From Acholeplasmataceae bacterium (GTDB lineage: Bacteria; Bacillota_I; Bacilli_A; Acholeplasmatales; Acholeplasmataceae): a DNA stretch of 51,525 nt. The DNA is taken from contig JAAYXR010000074.1 of assembly GCA_012515785.1 (NCBI GenBank), positions 1-51,525 of the forward strand, written 5' to 3'. Below are positions 10,504-19,457 of this stretch, piece after piece (the stretch's first letter is position 1; each line of letters starts with the position of its first letter). The position numbers and the translations under genes were made by a program. The notes under the pieces are model-generated. The model saw only the letters and a program-made list of their open reading frames with translations, was not told where the DNA came from and did not search any database.

Positions 10504-10533
10504 ATTATAAATATCAATTATTATTATAACCAA
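10504..10533 (-). promoter_or_regulatory. Candidate sigma-A promoter of flavodoxin
   Basis: Minus strand TTGGTT (10533..10528), 18-nt spacer, TATAAT (10509..10504). SD AAAGGGAG precedes ATG 10483. Pattern only. Confidence 0.35.
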
Positions 10534-10560
10534 TTTATCACTGAATGTCCATAAAAACAA

Positions 10561-12621
10561 TCATTTGCGTTTTTTATTTTTAAAATATAGATAAGCCCCT
10601 CCTGTCGCTATTGAAGTTATAATAAAATTAACCATAATATAAAGATATGTCTTTATATTGAGATTTTGGTCTTGAACTTTAATAACGCGCACGGCTTTTG
10701 ACATATTGCCTCTTGTGTCTACGGCAATGTATGTAATCTCATAGGTACCCAATTTCGATGTGTCTATATAGTTGGGATAAGCATATAATTTTAAGTTAGG
10801 ATCATTATCAGTAACTAAGACTCCACTCCAAATATTAAATTTAGATTTATACTTAATTATTTGATCGGTTGTTGTAATTACAGGCCTAGTTGTATCATCG
10901 ATTTTTACGATAATAATTTGATATGTTTCATTACCATAATTATCACATAAATAGTAAATAAGTTCATATATTCCCAACTCATTATAATCAATAGTATCAA
11001 AAATCTTAACATCATTTATTTCTAAATTATCATAATTATCGTAAACTTCGTCAATATAATCAAAGGGATTAATCCGATTGGACCCCATTGATAATTTGAT
11101 TTCGTTGGTGGTTAAAATAATTGTTGGCGGCTCATCATCGATTACATTGACTATTATTAGCTTTTCACTTTGATTTCCACTTGAGTCAGTTGCAATTAAG
11201 TTAATCGTAAAACTTCCTACTTCACTAAAAGTTTCAGTTGATAAATTAAGCTTAGGATTTTTATCATAATTATCCGAAATTAAGAAATTGGTAAAATCAT
11301 AATTTAAATACACACCTACTACAATTTCATCTTGATCAGTTAAAAACACCGGCGGTTCTAAATCAACAACCCTTATTACGCCTTCAAAAACCGCTCTATT
11401 TTTAGACCTATCTGTTACCTCGATTCTAATTGGATATTCTCCTAATAATTCAAAATTAATTTTATAAATTGTGTTTATACTAAGGTCAGAGTAGTCATCA
11501 TAATTGTCACTTATCTCAAAATGATTTTGTAGTATAAAACTCTTAATTCCGTATGGAATAATTAGATCACTTAACACCTTGATTGTGGGTCTTGTTGTAT
11601 CGACAATACTAACATTAATTAATACTGTGGATGCAGTTCCAAAAGAGTTTTTCACTTTATATTCCACTTGATATTTATCAAGTTTATTAATGTTAATTAA
11701 ATGCGTTATTAAGACATCTTCCGGTGTTAGATTATCAACTTTATCAGTCACACGTTTAATATTTTCAATAATACGTTCTTGATAGTCTGAAGTGCCAACT
11801 TCGATACTCAAATTATTCGAATATAGTATAATTTCAGGCTTCCCAGTATGCACGATTTCTATCGTGTCAGATATCGTATTTTTATTACCACTTTGATCGG
11901 TTGCAGTTATATAAAAATAATATGTTCCTACTTTATAAAAATTGACATTTGATATGTCTGTTGTCACCGAAACATAATCATCATGATTATCACTAAATTT
12001 ATAAAATGAACGAACATTAAATGCTTCTCCTATTTCTAATTTAATATCTTTTTGTTTTTCAATAAATGGCGCAATAGTATCAACTACTTCAATATATGAT
12101 GTTGCTTTTGCGGCATTGTTTGATGGATCAATTAATTCATAAGTAAATGGGTATTTCCCAATTTTTTTATTATTTACTGTATCAAGGCTTAACACATTTA
12201 CAATTATCTCATTTTGTAAATAATAATTATCTTTAAACTCTAATCCACTTTTAACATCAGGAATTTTTTCGCCGACTTGAATTTTAAAATGCGGTACTGT
12301 AATGAATGTTGGTTTAACTTTATCAACTATATTTAAAATAATTTCTTTTTTTGATTCAATGCTATATGTAGGGAAAACTACTTTAATCATATATCTAACT
12401 TTTCCAACGTAATTAGTATCAATATCAGTTAAATAATTTGTATCAACCCCGTCATATACGTAATACATCAAATTATCATAAAAAACATCACCATTTGATG
12501 AAAGCTCGGCTTGCGGAATAGTAATGTATTCACTAATTGAACTATAAACCGGTACTTCTACTTCAACATTAGTCCAAGTAACTACCATTAATAGCATTTG
12601 AAATATTTTAAATATTTGCAT
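10561..12621 (-). CDS. Surface protein with 7-8 tandem Ig-like (DUF5011/HYR-like) repeats, an N-terminal signal sequence and a C-terminal TM anchor; putative adhesin
   Basis: Repeats of about 80 aa are delimited by V-x-D-x-x-x-P (VDKVKP, VDTIAP, VDTTRP, VDLEPP, IDDEPP, IDDTTRP). Each carries D-N-Y-D-like motifs (SDNHDDY, SDNYDDY, SDNYDKN, YDNYDN, TDNDPN) and A-T-D-x-S-G-N-like motifs (ATDQSGN, VTDRSKN, ATDSSGN, CDNYGN, AVDTRGN). The C-terminus is a hydrophobic helix plus KNKKRK; there is no LPXTG. TGA stop. Confidence 0.75.
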   Translation of the reverse strand: MQIFKIFQMLLMVVTWTNVEVEVPVYSSISEYITIPQAELSSNGDVFYDNLMYYVYDGVDTNYLTDIDTNYVGKVRYMIKVVFPTYSIESKKEIILNIVDKVKPTFITVPHFKIQVGEKIPDVKSGLEFKDNYYLQNEIIVNVLSLDTVNNKKIGKYPFTYELIDPSNNAAKATSYIEVVDTIAPFIEKQKDIKLEIGEAFNVRSFYKFSDNHDDYVSVTTDISNVNFYKVGTYYFYITATDQSGNKNTISDTIEIVHTGKPEIILYSNNLSIEVGTSDYQERIIENIKRVTDKVDNLTPEDVLITHLININKLDKYQVEYKVKNSFGTASTVLINVSIVDTTRPTIKVLSDLIIPYGIKSFILQNHFEISDNYDDYSDLSINTIYKINFELLGEYPIRIEVTDRSKNRAVFEGVIRVVDLEPPVFLTDQDEIVVGVYLNYDFTNFLISDNYDKNPKLNLSTETFSEVGSFTINLIATDSSGNQSEKLIIVNVIDDEPPTIILTTNEIKLSMGSNRINPFDYIDEVYDNYDNLEINDVKIFDTIDYNELGIYELIYYLCDNYGNETYQIIIVKIDDTTRPVITTTDQIIKYKSKFNIWSGVLVTDNDPNLKLYAYPNYIDTSKLGTYEITYIAVDTRGNMSKAVRVIKVQDQNLNIKTYLYIMVNFIITSIATGGAYLYFKNKKRK

Positions 12622-12658
12622 TAAAAAAACCCCTCCATCTAATATTAGATGAAGGGGT
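12622..12658 (-). terminator. Strong intrinsic terminator whose 3' arm contains the SD of the downstream adhesin gene
   Basis: Minus-strand RNA reads ACCCCUUCAUCU-loop-AGAUGGAGGGGU, then U7, then A-AUG. This gives about 12 bp with one G-U pair. The GGAGGGG in the descending arm lies 8 nt before ATG 12621. Confidence 0.8.
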
Positions 12659-12664
12659 CTAATT

Positions 12665-13168
12665 TTACTTTTTATCTTTTAAAAATAATAACACGAAATT
12701 GATGGCTGAGAACACTAAAATTAATGTCCCCGCAACAATGATGACGGCTCCGCCTTTAACTACAACACTATCCGGATTTAACCATGCATCACCCAAATTA
12801 GCACTTGATGGTAACATAAATAAGCTAAGGCCCGAAATTAATAATAAGAATCCTGCTATTAAATGTCTTATTCTATATTGAATTTTATTAAATGTTGCGA
12901 TAATTAAACCAACTAGAAGTGGTATTAAAGTAATAAATCCAAATAAATTCATTTTAAAGTAAGTTAATGTTGCATTTCCCACTTTAAACCCCTTACCAAA
13001 CATCACTTGGAAAACTGTAAAATAATAAACTTCACCAGTGTTAGGATTTATTGCTTTTGGATTTGTCTTAATCCCTCCCGCAATAAAAAACGTTACAATA
13101 ATCCAAATTCCTAATAATAACATCACATAAGGAGTGTATTTTTTTATTCCGCTTAAAACTTTGTTCAT
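12665..13168 (-). CDS. Small integral membrane protein (about 4 TM), unknown function
   Basis: Start set at MNKVLSGIKKY (ATG 13168) behind SD GGAGGA; the track start at 13201 lacks an SD. Four hydrophobic segments and no recognisable motif. Confidence 0.6.
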   Translation of the reverse strand: MNKVLSGIKKYTPYVMLLLGIWIIVTFFIAGGIKTNPKAINPNTGEVYYFTVFQVMFGKGFKVGNATLTYFKMNLFGFITLIPLLVGLIIATFNKIQYRIRHLIAGFLLLISGLSLFMLPSSANLGDAWLNPDSVVVKGGAVIIVAGTLILVFSAINFVLLFLKDKK

Positions 13169-13207
13169 ATGATTCCTCCTATATGTATTATTGTACCACA
13201 AAAGAAA

Positions 13208-14434
13208 CTATGTCATTCTTTTCAAGTTTAATAACATTTCTTTTCCATATTTTCTTATTAAATTAGCTGATTTATAAAAGGTTTTATTTTCATAGTAATT
13301 CGAAGCATTTTCAAATAAAATTGATAAAACATAGTAACCATTATAATTATTTTCAAAATTATTAGTAATATTTCTAACATAACGAGTGAATGAATCATTA
13401 TCAAGTGTATATTTATTGTTAATAAAAAATTCAATTTGTTGAATGATAGAGTTAGAACTATAATTACTATTATCATTCGTTAATTCTTTTATTTTGATGT
13501 AATCTTCTTCTTTATCGTAATGAAGGAGTGCAATAAGGTACCAATATTTAGATTCATTTGTATTCTTTTCTAACATTAAATTATTAATTTTATTTTGATG
13601 TAATAAATTTAAAAATGCTTTTGTCCATTGTTTTTCTTTTTTTGTTAGATACGCACTTTTTTCTATTTCTTGCAATAGAAGATTATAATCATATTCATCT
13701 AGTGAGAAAAGTAATTTTAATTTTAACAAATTATGATATCTTCTTAAATTATTACTTTTTAAAAGTTTTTTTTCTAAATCTTCAGAAATGCTTAAAGTTT
13801 GAAGGTGCCTTCCTAGCATTAGTTTAAGATGGATTTTTTCATAATCTATTAACATAGATATTTCTGAGTTTTTATCAACCACATTACTTAAATTTAATAC
13901 TTTTAGTGCAATAAAATATTTACCTTCTTTTGCTAACATTAATGCTGTTAAATAGTAGAATAGATTTATTTCATTGGGAGTAAATTTACTAATTTCAAAC
14001 TCTAAATCTTTATACAGAGTTTTTGATCTAAATAAATCACCTTTAAATAAATGATACGCAAATAATATTAACTTTGATTTATAATCAGTATGCGATTCAT
14101 ATAATTTAAATAGAAATGGCGGTATTTCTTTATAATCAAACATGTTAAAAATAATTAGACGATAATGTTCTTCAAATCTTTCCAAATCATAATCTAATAT
14201 ATCCTCGAGTTCAAATCTCTTTTTTAAATCTTCTAATATTTGATCACTTGGTTCAATTAAATTGTTTTCAACCTTTGATAAATAAGAAATACTGCATATC
14301 CCATCAGCACCTTCATTTAGAGTCATATTTTTCTGTTTACGTTGCCACCTAACAATTGATCCAATTGTAGTTCCGGTTTCTTGCAGCTTAATTTGAGGCT
14401 TGTAAGTTTCAAGTTTTTTATAATTAACATTCAT
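13208..14434 (-). CDS. XRE-family HTH transcriptional regulator with a long C-terminal helical-repeat (TPR-like) domain; RNPP-like architecture
   Basis: HTH_XRE segment IVRWQRKQKNMTLNEGADGICSISYLSKVENNLIEPS, followed by about 330 aa of Tyr/Leu/Asn-rich helical repeats. The gene is visibly more AT-rich than its neighbours. Confidence 0.7.
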   Translation of the reverse strand: MNVNYKKLETYKPQIKLQETGTTIGSIVRWQRKQKNMTLNEGADGICSISYLSKVENNLIEPSDQILEDLKKRFELEDILDYDLERFEEHYRLIIFNMFDYKEIPPFLFKLYESHTDYKSKLILFAYHLFKGDLFRSKTLYKDLEFEISKFTPNEINLFYYLTALMLAKEGKYFIALKVLNLSNVVDKNSEISMLIDYEKIHLKLMLGRHLQTLSISEDLEKKLLKSNNLRRYHNLLKLKLLFSLDEYDYNLLLQEIEKSAYLTKKEKQWTKAFLNLLHQNKINNLMLEKNTNESKYWYLIALLHYDKEEDYIKIKELTNDNSNYSSNSIIQQIEFFINNKYTLDNDSFTRYVRNITNNFENNYNGYYVLSILFENASNYYENKTFYKSANLIRKYGKEMLLNLKRMT

Positions 14435-14514
14435 CCTTTTCAGTTCCCTCCATAACTAGATTGTAGTCAATAAAATATTATCATTAATTGTAAAGAACTC
14501 AAAACTTTCATTAT

Positions 14515-14536
14515 AAAAAAAGGAGAGATAATCTCC
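14515..14536 (-). terminator. Weak intrinsic terminator after nth
   Basis: GGAGA (14522..14526) pairs with TCTCC (14532..14536). It is followed on the minus strand by T7 (A7 at 14515..14521). The stem is short. Confidence 0.5.
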
Positions 14537-14545
14537 CCTTGTTAG

Positions 14546-15178
14546 TTACTTTTCAAACTTTTTGTAAAAAACACATACTTCTTGGAGCGGACAATTTTCA
14601 CATTTTGGGTTTCTAGCCAGACAATGATATCTTCCAAAAAATATTAATTGATGATGAAGTTTTTTTAAATCGTCTTTTTGAAAGTATTTAACAATCCGTT
14701 CTTCAACTTCTAAAACATTATCGCTTTCTTTAGCGATTCCCAGCCTCTTCGAAACTCTGTTAACATGAGTGTCAACCGCAATAACATTTTTACCAAAGGC
14801 ATTTGCCAACACGACATTAGCAGTCTTTCTACCAACACCCGGAAGTGACTCTAAATCTTTCCTTTCGCTTGGAATCTTTGAGTCGTATTTATCATGCAAA
14901 ATTTTGCTTAAATTTTTTATGTTCTTGGCCTTAGTTTTATATAACCCAATCGATTTTAAGATATTTTCTAAATCCTCTATCGGTGCCTCTTTTAATGATT
15001 TTGGATTAGGATATTTACTAAATAATTCTGGTGTTACTTTATTAACCGAAACATCTGTTGTTTGGGCACTTAAGACTACCGCTATTAGCATTTCAAAATG
15101 ATTTGAATAATTTAAATCCGATTTTGGATTTGGAAACATTTCGTTTAATGTTTTAACAATAAGCTCTCTTTTTATCAT
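14546..15178 (-). CDS. nth: Endonuclease III
   Basis: HhH-GPD motif LPGVGRKTANVV and a C-terminal 4Fe-4S cluster loop C-x6-C-x2-C-x5-C (CLARNPKCENCPLQEVC). Confidence 0.95.
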   Translation of the reverse strand: MIKRELIVKTLNEMFPNPKSDLNYSNHFEMLIAVVLSAQTTDVSVNKVTPELFSKYPNPKSLKEAPIEDLENILKSIGLYKTKAKNIKNLSKILHDKYDSKIPSERKDLESLPGVGRKTANVVLANAFGKNVIAVDTHVNRVSKRLGIAKESDNVLEVEERIVKYFQKDDLKKLHHQLIFFGRYHCLARNPKCENCPLQEVCVFYKKFEK

Positions 15179-15795
15179 ATTTTTTTATAAATTGATTCTA
15201 AAATATTAGCGGTTTTAGGATCAACTTCCCTATCTTCAATTTTAGAAGTCATTAAAATTCTGTCAATATACTTAATTGAAAATCTTGGTTTTTGAATTGC
15301 TTTTTCCACCTCTAATTCAATTGTTTCGTGTGACAATTCATCATTTAAATACCAATTTCTAATTAAATCCATTTCAAATGCTGATAAAACTCTACCTAGT
15401 GCTTCTTCTAATATTACTATCATTTTACCAATATGGGCTGCTGCTTCATCATCTTTTTTACTTTGATAATCACTAATAATAAGCTTTTCTATTTTTTTAA
15501 AGGTTTTATCTAGACTAAAGACTTCTCTTTCTTTTCCGTCTTTATTTAATTCAAACTTCATTTCTAAAAATCCTTTTTCCATTAATGAAGAAACAAGTTC
15601 TCCAATTTCTTGGCGGTTATATTCAACACGCTTTGAAATTGCGTTAATTGTAAAAGTTCTTCTTCTTTCATAAATCGAAAAAAGAGCTAATAAAACCATA
15701 GCTTCTGGAAGTTTTAACCCTAAACGTTTATATTCTTTATTAATTATCCTTTCAATCGGTAACCCATATTCATCATATATTTGTTTAATCAACAT
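15175..15795 (-). CDS. dnaD: DnaD-domain replication initiation / helicase-loading protein
   Basis: Winged-helix N-domain plus a C-terminal DnaD/DnaB_2-type domain (EMDLIRNWYL...SIKYIDRIL). The dnaD-nth adjacency matches Bacillus subtilis. 4-nt overlap with nth. Confidence 0.75.
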   Translation of the reverse strand: MLIKQIYDEYGLPIERIINKEYKRLGLKLPEAMVLLALFSIYERRRTFTINAISKRVEYNRQEIGELVSSLMEKGFLEMKFELNKDGKEREVFSLDKTFKKIEKLIISDYQSKKDDEAAAHIGKMIVILEEALGRVLSAFEMDLIRNWYLNDELSHETIELEVEKAIQKPRFSIKYIDRILMTSKIEDREVDPKTANILESIYKKI

Positions 15796-16471
15796 AAAAA
15801 CTCACCTTTTTCAACGCTTCTTCAGCCGCTTTTTGTTCAGCTTCTTTCTTAGTTTTTCCAACACCATTACCCAAAATTATTGTTCCGTCTAAATAAACTG
15901 CCGCTTCAAATACTTTGTCATGTGATGGGCCGGATTCATTAATAATTTTATAAACAATGGTCTTTCTATCTCCTTGAACATACTCTTGTAAAATAGTTTT
16001 AAAATCTTTAATATCGCTAGTTAAATCAATATTTGGAATAACTAACTGGTAAAAGACTTTTCTTGCTTCTTTATGACCTAAATCTAAATAAACAGCTCCC
16101 ATTAAAGCTTCAAAAGCGTCAGCAATTGTTGCTGGTGAAGCTCCCTTAACTTTTTCGCCACGACCAAGCCTTAAATAATCAGTTAAATTAATCTTATTAG
16201 AATATTGAAAAAGAGCTTCCTCACAAACAAGTTGTGCTCTTTTTTTAGTCATGATTCCTTCAGCCAATTCTTTTTGATTTTTATATAAGTATTCACTCAT
16301 AAAGATTTCTAAAACCGCATCACCTAAAAACTCTAATCTTTCATTGCTCTCGACATTATTTTCATAGGCAAAAGAAGAATGGGTTAATGCACTCTCATAT
16401 AAGTTAATGTCTCTTGGTTTAATTTTAATTTTCTTTAGTAATTCGCTTACTGGTTTAAAATCATCATTCAT
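15785..16471 (-). CDS. rnc: Ribonuclease III
   Basis: Signature ERLEFLGDAVL and a C-terminal dsRBD. Start set at ATG 16471 (MNDDFKP), with GAGG 9 nt upstream, overlapping the plsX TGA stop by 8 nt. The track start at 16486 is a TTG. Confidence 0.95.
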   Translation of the reverse strand: MNDDFKPVSELLKKIKIKPRDINLYESALTHSSFAYENNVESNERLEFLGDAVLEIFMSEYLYKNQKELAEGIMTKKRAQLVCEEALFQYSNKINLTDYLRLGRGEKVKGASPATIADAFEALMGAVYLDLGHKEARKVFYQLVIPNIDLTSDIKDFKTILQEYVQGDRKTIVYKIINESGPSHDKVFEAAVYLDGTIILGNGVGKTKKEAEQKAAEEALKKVSFYVD

Positions 16472-17465
16472 TGTGTAACGCCTCAATAGCTACTCGTATT
16501 TGGCTCATAATATCTTCTTTAGCTAGCTCTCTTGCTAGTCTAATGCCATTAGAAAATGCAAACGCATTTGAAGATCCGTGGGCCTTAACTAAAACTCCTT
16601 CAATACCGACAATAATTGCTCCACCAACAACGTCAGGATTAGCTTTTGATTTAATGTTTTTGAAAGCTTTTTTCATAAGTAACCCACCAATTTTAGCTCT
16701 TAGTGATGAATATACTTCCTCTTTGATTGCTTCAGAGAAAGCTTTAACAGCTCCCTCATAACTCTTCATTAAAATATTACCTGTAAAACCATCAGTTACT
16801 AACACATCAACATCAGTTGACATCATTTCTTTTGGTTCAACATTACCAATAAAATTAATTTGCGAGTTGTTTTTTAGTAATTCATAAGCTTCAATATCTT
16901 CGGCTCTTCCTTTGCTGGCTTCAGCGCCAATATTAACTAATCCTACTTTTGGATTATCAACTTTAAAATAAGATTTACTAATAATTGAAGCCACTACAGC
17001 AAAATCAAGTAAATGCTCTGGCCTAAATTCAACGTTGGCTCCAGAATCTAATAAAATTCTAGTTCTTCCCGTAAAATCAGGAATAAAAGGACAAATTGCA
17101 ACTCTTTTCATTCCTTTAATTCTTCTTAAAATTAAAGTTCCCCCAACGACAGCACCTTGAGTTGGTCCTGATGTTACAATTGCATCAGCATTACCATCTT
17201 TAACATGCTTGATGGCTTTAAACATAGAATATTCTGGATTGGTTCTTAATTCTTTAATTGGATCTTCAACTCCCATATCTAAGACATAAGGAGTATGAAT
17301 TACTTTAACTCTTGGCGACGGAGTTAAATATTTATTAATTTCATTTTCATCTCCAAACAGATGAATTTCAATATCATCATATTTTTCAATTGCTAAATTG
17401 ACACCCTTTACCATCTCAATAGGAGCGTGATCTCCTCCCATTGCGTCCACTGCTAGTCTAATCAC
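16464..17465 (-). CDS. plsX: Phosphate:acyl-ACP acyltransferase
   Basis: N-terminus IRLAVDAMGGDHAP, 333 aa. GTG start behind a GGGGG SD. Confidence 0.95.
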   Translation of the reverse strand: MIRLAVDAMGGDHAPIEMVKGVNLAIEKYDDIEIHLFGDENEINKYLTPSPRVKVIHTPYVLDMGVEDPIKELRTNPEYSMFKAIKHVKDGNADAIVTSGPTQGAVVGGTLILRRIKGMKRVAICPFIPDFTGRTRILLDSGANVEFRPEHLLDFAVVASIISKSYFKVDNPKVGLVNIGAEASKGRAEDIEAYELLKNNSQINFIGNVEPKEMMSTDVDVLVTDGFTGNILMKSYEGAVKAFSEAIKEEVYSSLRAKIGGLLMKKAFKNIKSKANPDVVGGAIIVGIEGVLVKAHGSSNAFAFSNGIRLARELAKEDIMSQIRVAIEALHNE

Positions 17466-17513
17466 ATGGATACCCCCTTTTTATTGTTTATAGTATAACA
17501 TATTAATTATATG

Positions 17514-19457
17514 TTACTCCTCGTTTAAGATTTTATTTAAATAGTAGTAACTCGGATTTTCTAAAAGACTTTCATTACTAATTATTTTAATACTTAACTT
17601 TCTAGCATCCATTAATATTTTATAATCAATACTAAAGTCTAAATATTTGGCTTTTAAAATTCCACTTTGTCTTAACCCTAAAAACTCACCTGGACCTCTT
17701 AATTTTAAATCGTATTCGCTTAATTTAAACCCTGAACTTACTCGCTCTAATATTTTTAATCTTTCAACATCTTCTTTATTAGAAATAGTATAAAACTTTG
17801 ATTCTTTATCGCCTCTACCGACCCTACCTCTTAATTGATGTAGTTGAGAGAGTCCAAAGTTTTCAGCCGCTAAAACTACCATTAAAGTTGCTGATTTTAA
17901 ATCAATGCCGACTTCAATCATTGATGTTGCCAGCAAGACTCCACCATTAGAATTTGAAAAATCTTCGATAATTTTATTGCGATCTTCACTAGATATTTCA
18001 CCATGTAAAATATATAATTTTTCATTTAAAACTGGTCTCAATATTTGAGCAGTATTTTCAATATTAAAATCTTTTAATTCGGAACTAATAGCCGGAACTA
18101 CAACAAATACGTGCTCACCTTTTTCAACTGTTTCAACTATCTCATTAATGATTAAATTAAGCTTACTTTCTTCGAAATGTTTTGTTTTCACAGGCTTTTG
18201 AAAGCTTGGCCTTGATTTGATCTCACTAGTCGCCAAATCGCCAAACATAGCGATTCCCAAGGTTCTAGGAATTGGTGTAGCTGTTAAATATATCAAATTT
18301 GCTGATTCTGATTTTTTAAATAAAGATTCCCTTAATTCAACACCAAATTTATGTTGTTCATCAATAATTATTAGACCTAAATCTTTAAATAAAACATATT
18401 CTGAAGCCACTGAATGAGTTCCCACTAAAACATCAATTTCTCCACTTTCCAATTTTGATAATATCTCTTGTTTATTACCAACTTTGCTTGTAAGTAAACT
18501 AACATTATAACTAACAAGCATTTTTTTAATTGTTTCATATTGTTGACTCGCTAGAATTTCGGTAGGCACCATTAAAACCGCTTGTTTCCCTGCGGTTAAC
18601 ACTCCTAAGATTGCGATAATTGCTACTATTGTTTTTCCCGAACCAACATCTCCTTGAATTAATCTTTTAGTTTGATAATCTTTCTTAAAATCGCGATATA
18701 TTTCATTTACTACTTCTTTTTGATCTTTGATTAATTCAAAAGGCAAAGTGTTAATGAACTCTCTTACCTTTTCAATATCATAATCAATTGGTAATCTTGT
18801 TATTTTCTTTAAAAGACCTTTTTGAAGTTTTAGCTGCATTTCAATTGCTTCTTCATATTTTAGTCTTCTAATTGAATAGTTTAGTTTCTCAATAGTCTCT
18901 GGCATATGGAGATTTTTAACCATTTCAACTCGACTCGGTAAACTAAATTTCTTTAAAATAGATTGTGGTAAAGTTTCGTAAATTTCAACTTTGTTATTGG
19001 TAAAAATATCATTAATCGCGCGACTAATCATATAATCAGTTACTCCTTCAATATTATAAATCGGAGTAATTTCTTTTTTACTTAAATTTTTAGAAATTGT
19101 AGACACCGCTATTTCCTTAGAATAAAGATTATATTTACCTTTAATTAATACTTCATCATCAACCTTAAAACTTTTTAATAAAAATGGTTGATTAAAAATT
19201 AAAGCGGAAACTTGAAACTTTTCCACTTTAATTAATAATTTGATTACGTGTACTTTAGCTTTAAAATGCTCGATATTTAAAATGCGTCCAATAACAGTAA
19301 TTACTTCATTGTGTTTAGCTTCATTTAAGTTAATAATATTATAGTTTTCATATGATTTAGGAAAATTCATTACTAAATCATATGGAGTCCAAATATTGTT
19401 TTGACGTAATATATATGCAGTTTTATTTCCAATATAACTAATGTTTTCCAATTTCAT
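17514..19457 (-). CDS. recG: ATP-dependent DNA helicase RecG
   Basis: Wedge/OB N-domain; helicase motifs GDVGSGKT, IIDEQHKFG and QLRGRVGRG. Confidence 0.95.
   Translation of the reverse strand: MKLENISYIGNKTAYILRQNNIWTPYDLVMNFPKSYENYNIINLNEAKHNEVITVIGRILNIEHFKAKVHVIKLLIKVEKFQVSALIFNQPFLLKSFKVDDEVLIKGKYNLYSKEIAVSTISKNLSKKEITPIYNIEGVTDYMISRAINDIFTNNKVEIYETLPQSILKKFSLPSRVEMVKNLHMPETIEKLNYSIRRLKYEEAIEMQLKLQKGLLKKITRLPIDYDIEKVREFINTLPFELIKDQKEVVNEIYRDFKKDYQTKRLIQGDVGSGKTIVAIIAILGVLTAGKQAVLMVPTEILASQQYETIKKMLVSYNVSLLTSKVGNKQEILSKLESGEIDVLVGTHSVASEYVLFKDLGLIIIDEQHKFGVELRESLFKKSESANLIYLTATPIPRTLGIAMFGDLATSEIKSRPSFQKPVKTKHFEESKLNLIINEIVETVEKGEHVFVVVPAISSELKDFNIENTAQILRPVLNEKLYILHGEISSEDRNKIIEDFSNSNGGVLLATSMIEVGIDLKSATLMVVLAAENFGLSQLHQLRGRVGRGDKESKFYTISNKEDVERLKILERVSSGFKLSEYDLKLRGPGEFLGLRQSGILKAKYLDFSIDYKILMDARKLSIKIISNESLLENPSYYYLNKILNEE

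Noticed and set aside
14435-14545. Search for a small signalling-peptide gene next to the RNPP-like regulator, also in 13169..13207 and 12622..12664.
   Set aside because: There is no ATG on the plus strand in this interval. The only minus-strand mini-ORF (MEGTEKDEC) overlaps the regulator start and has no secretion signal. The other two gaps are filled by an SD and a terminator.
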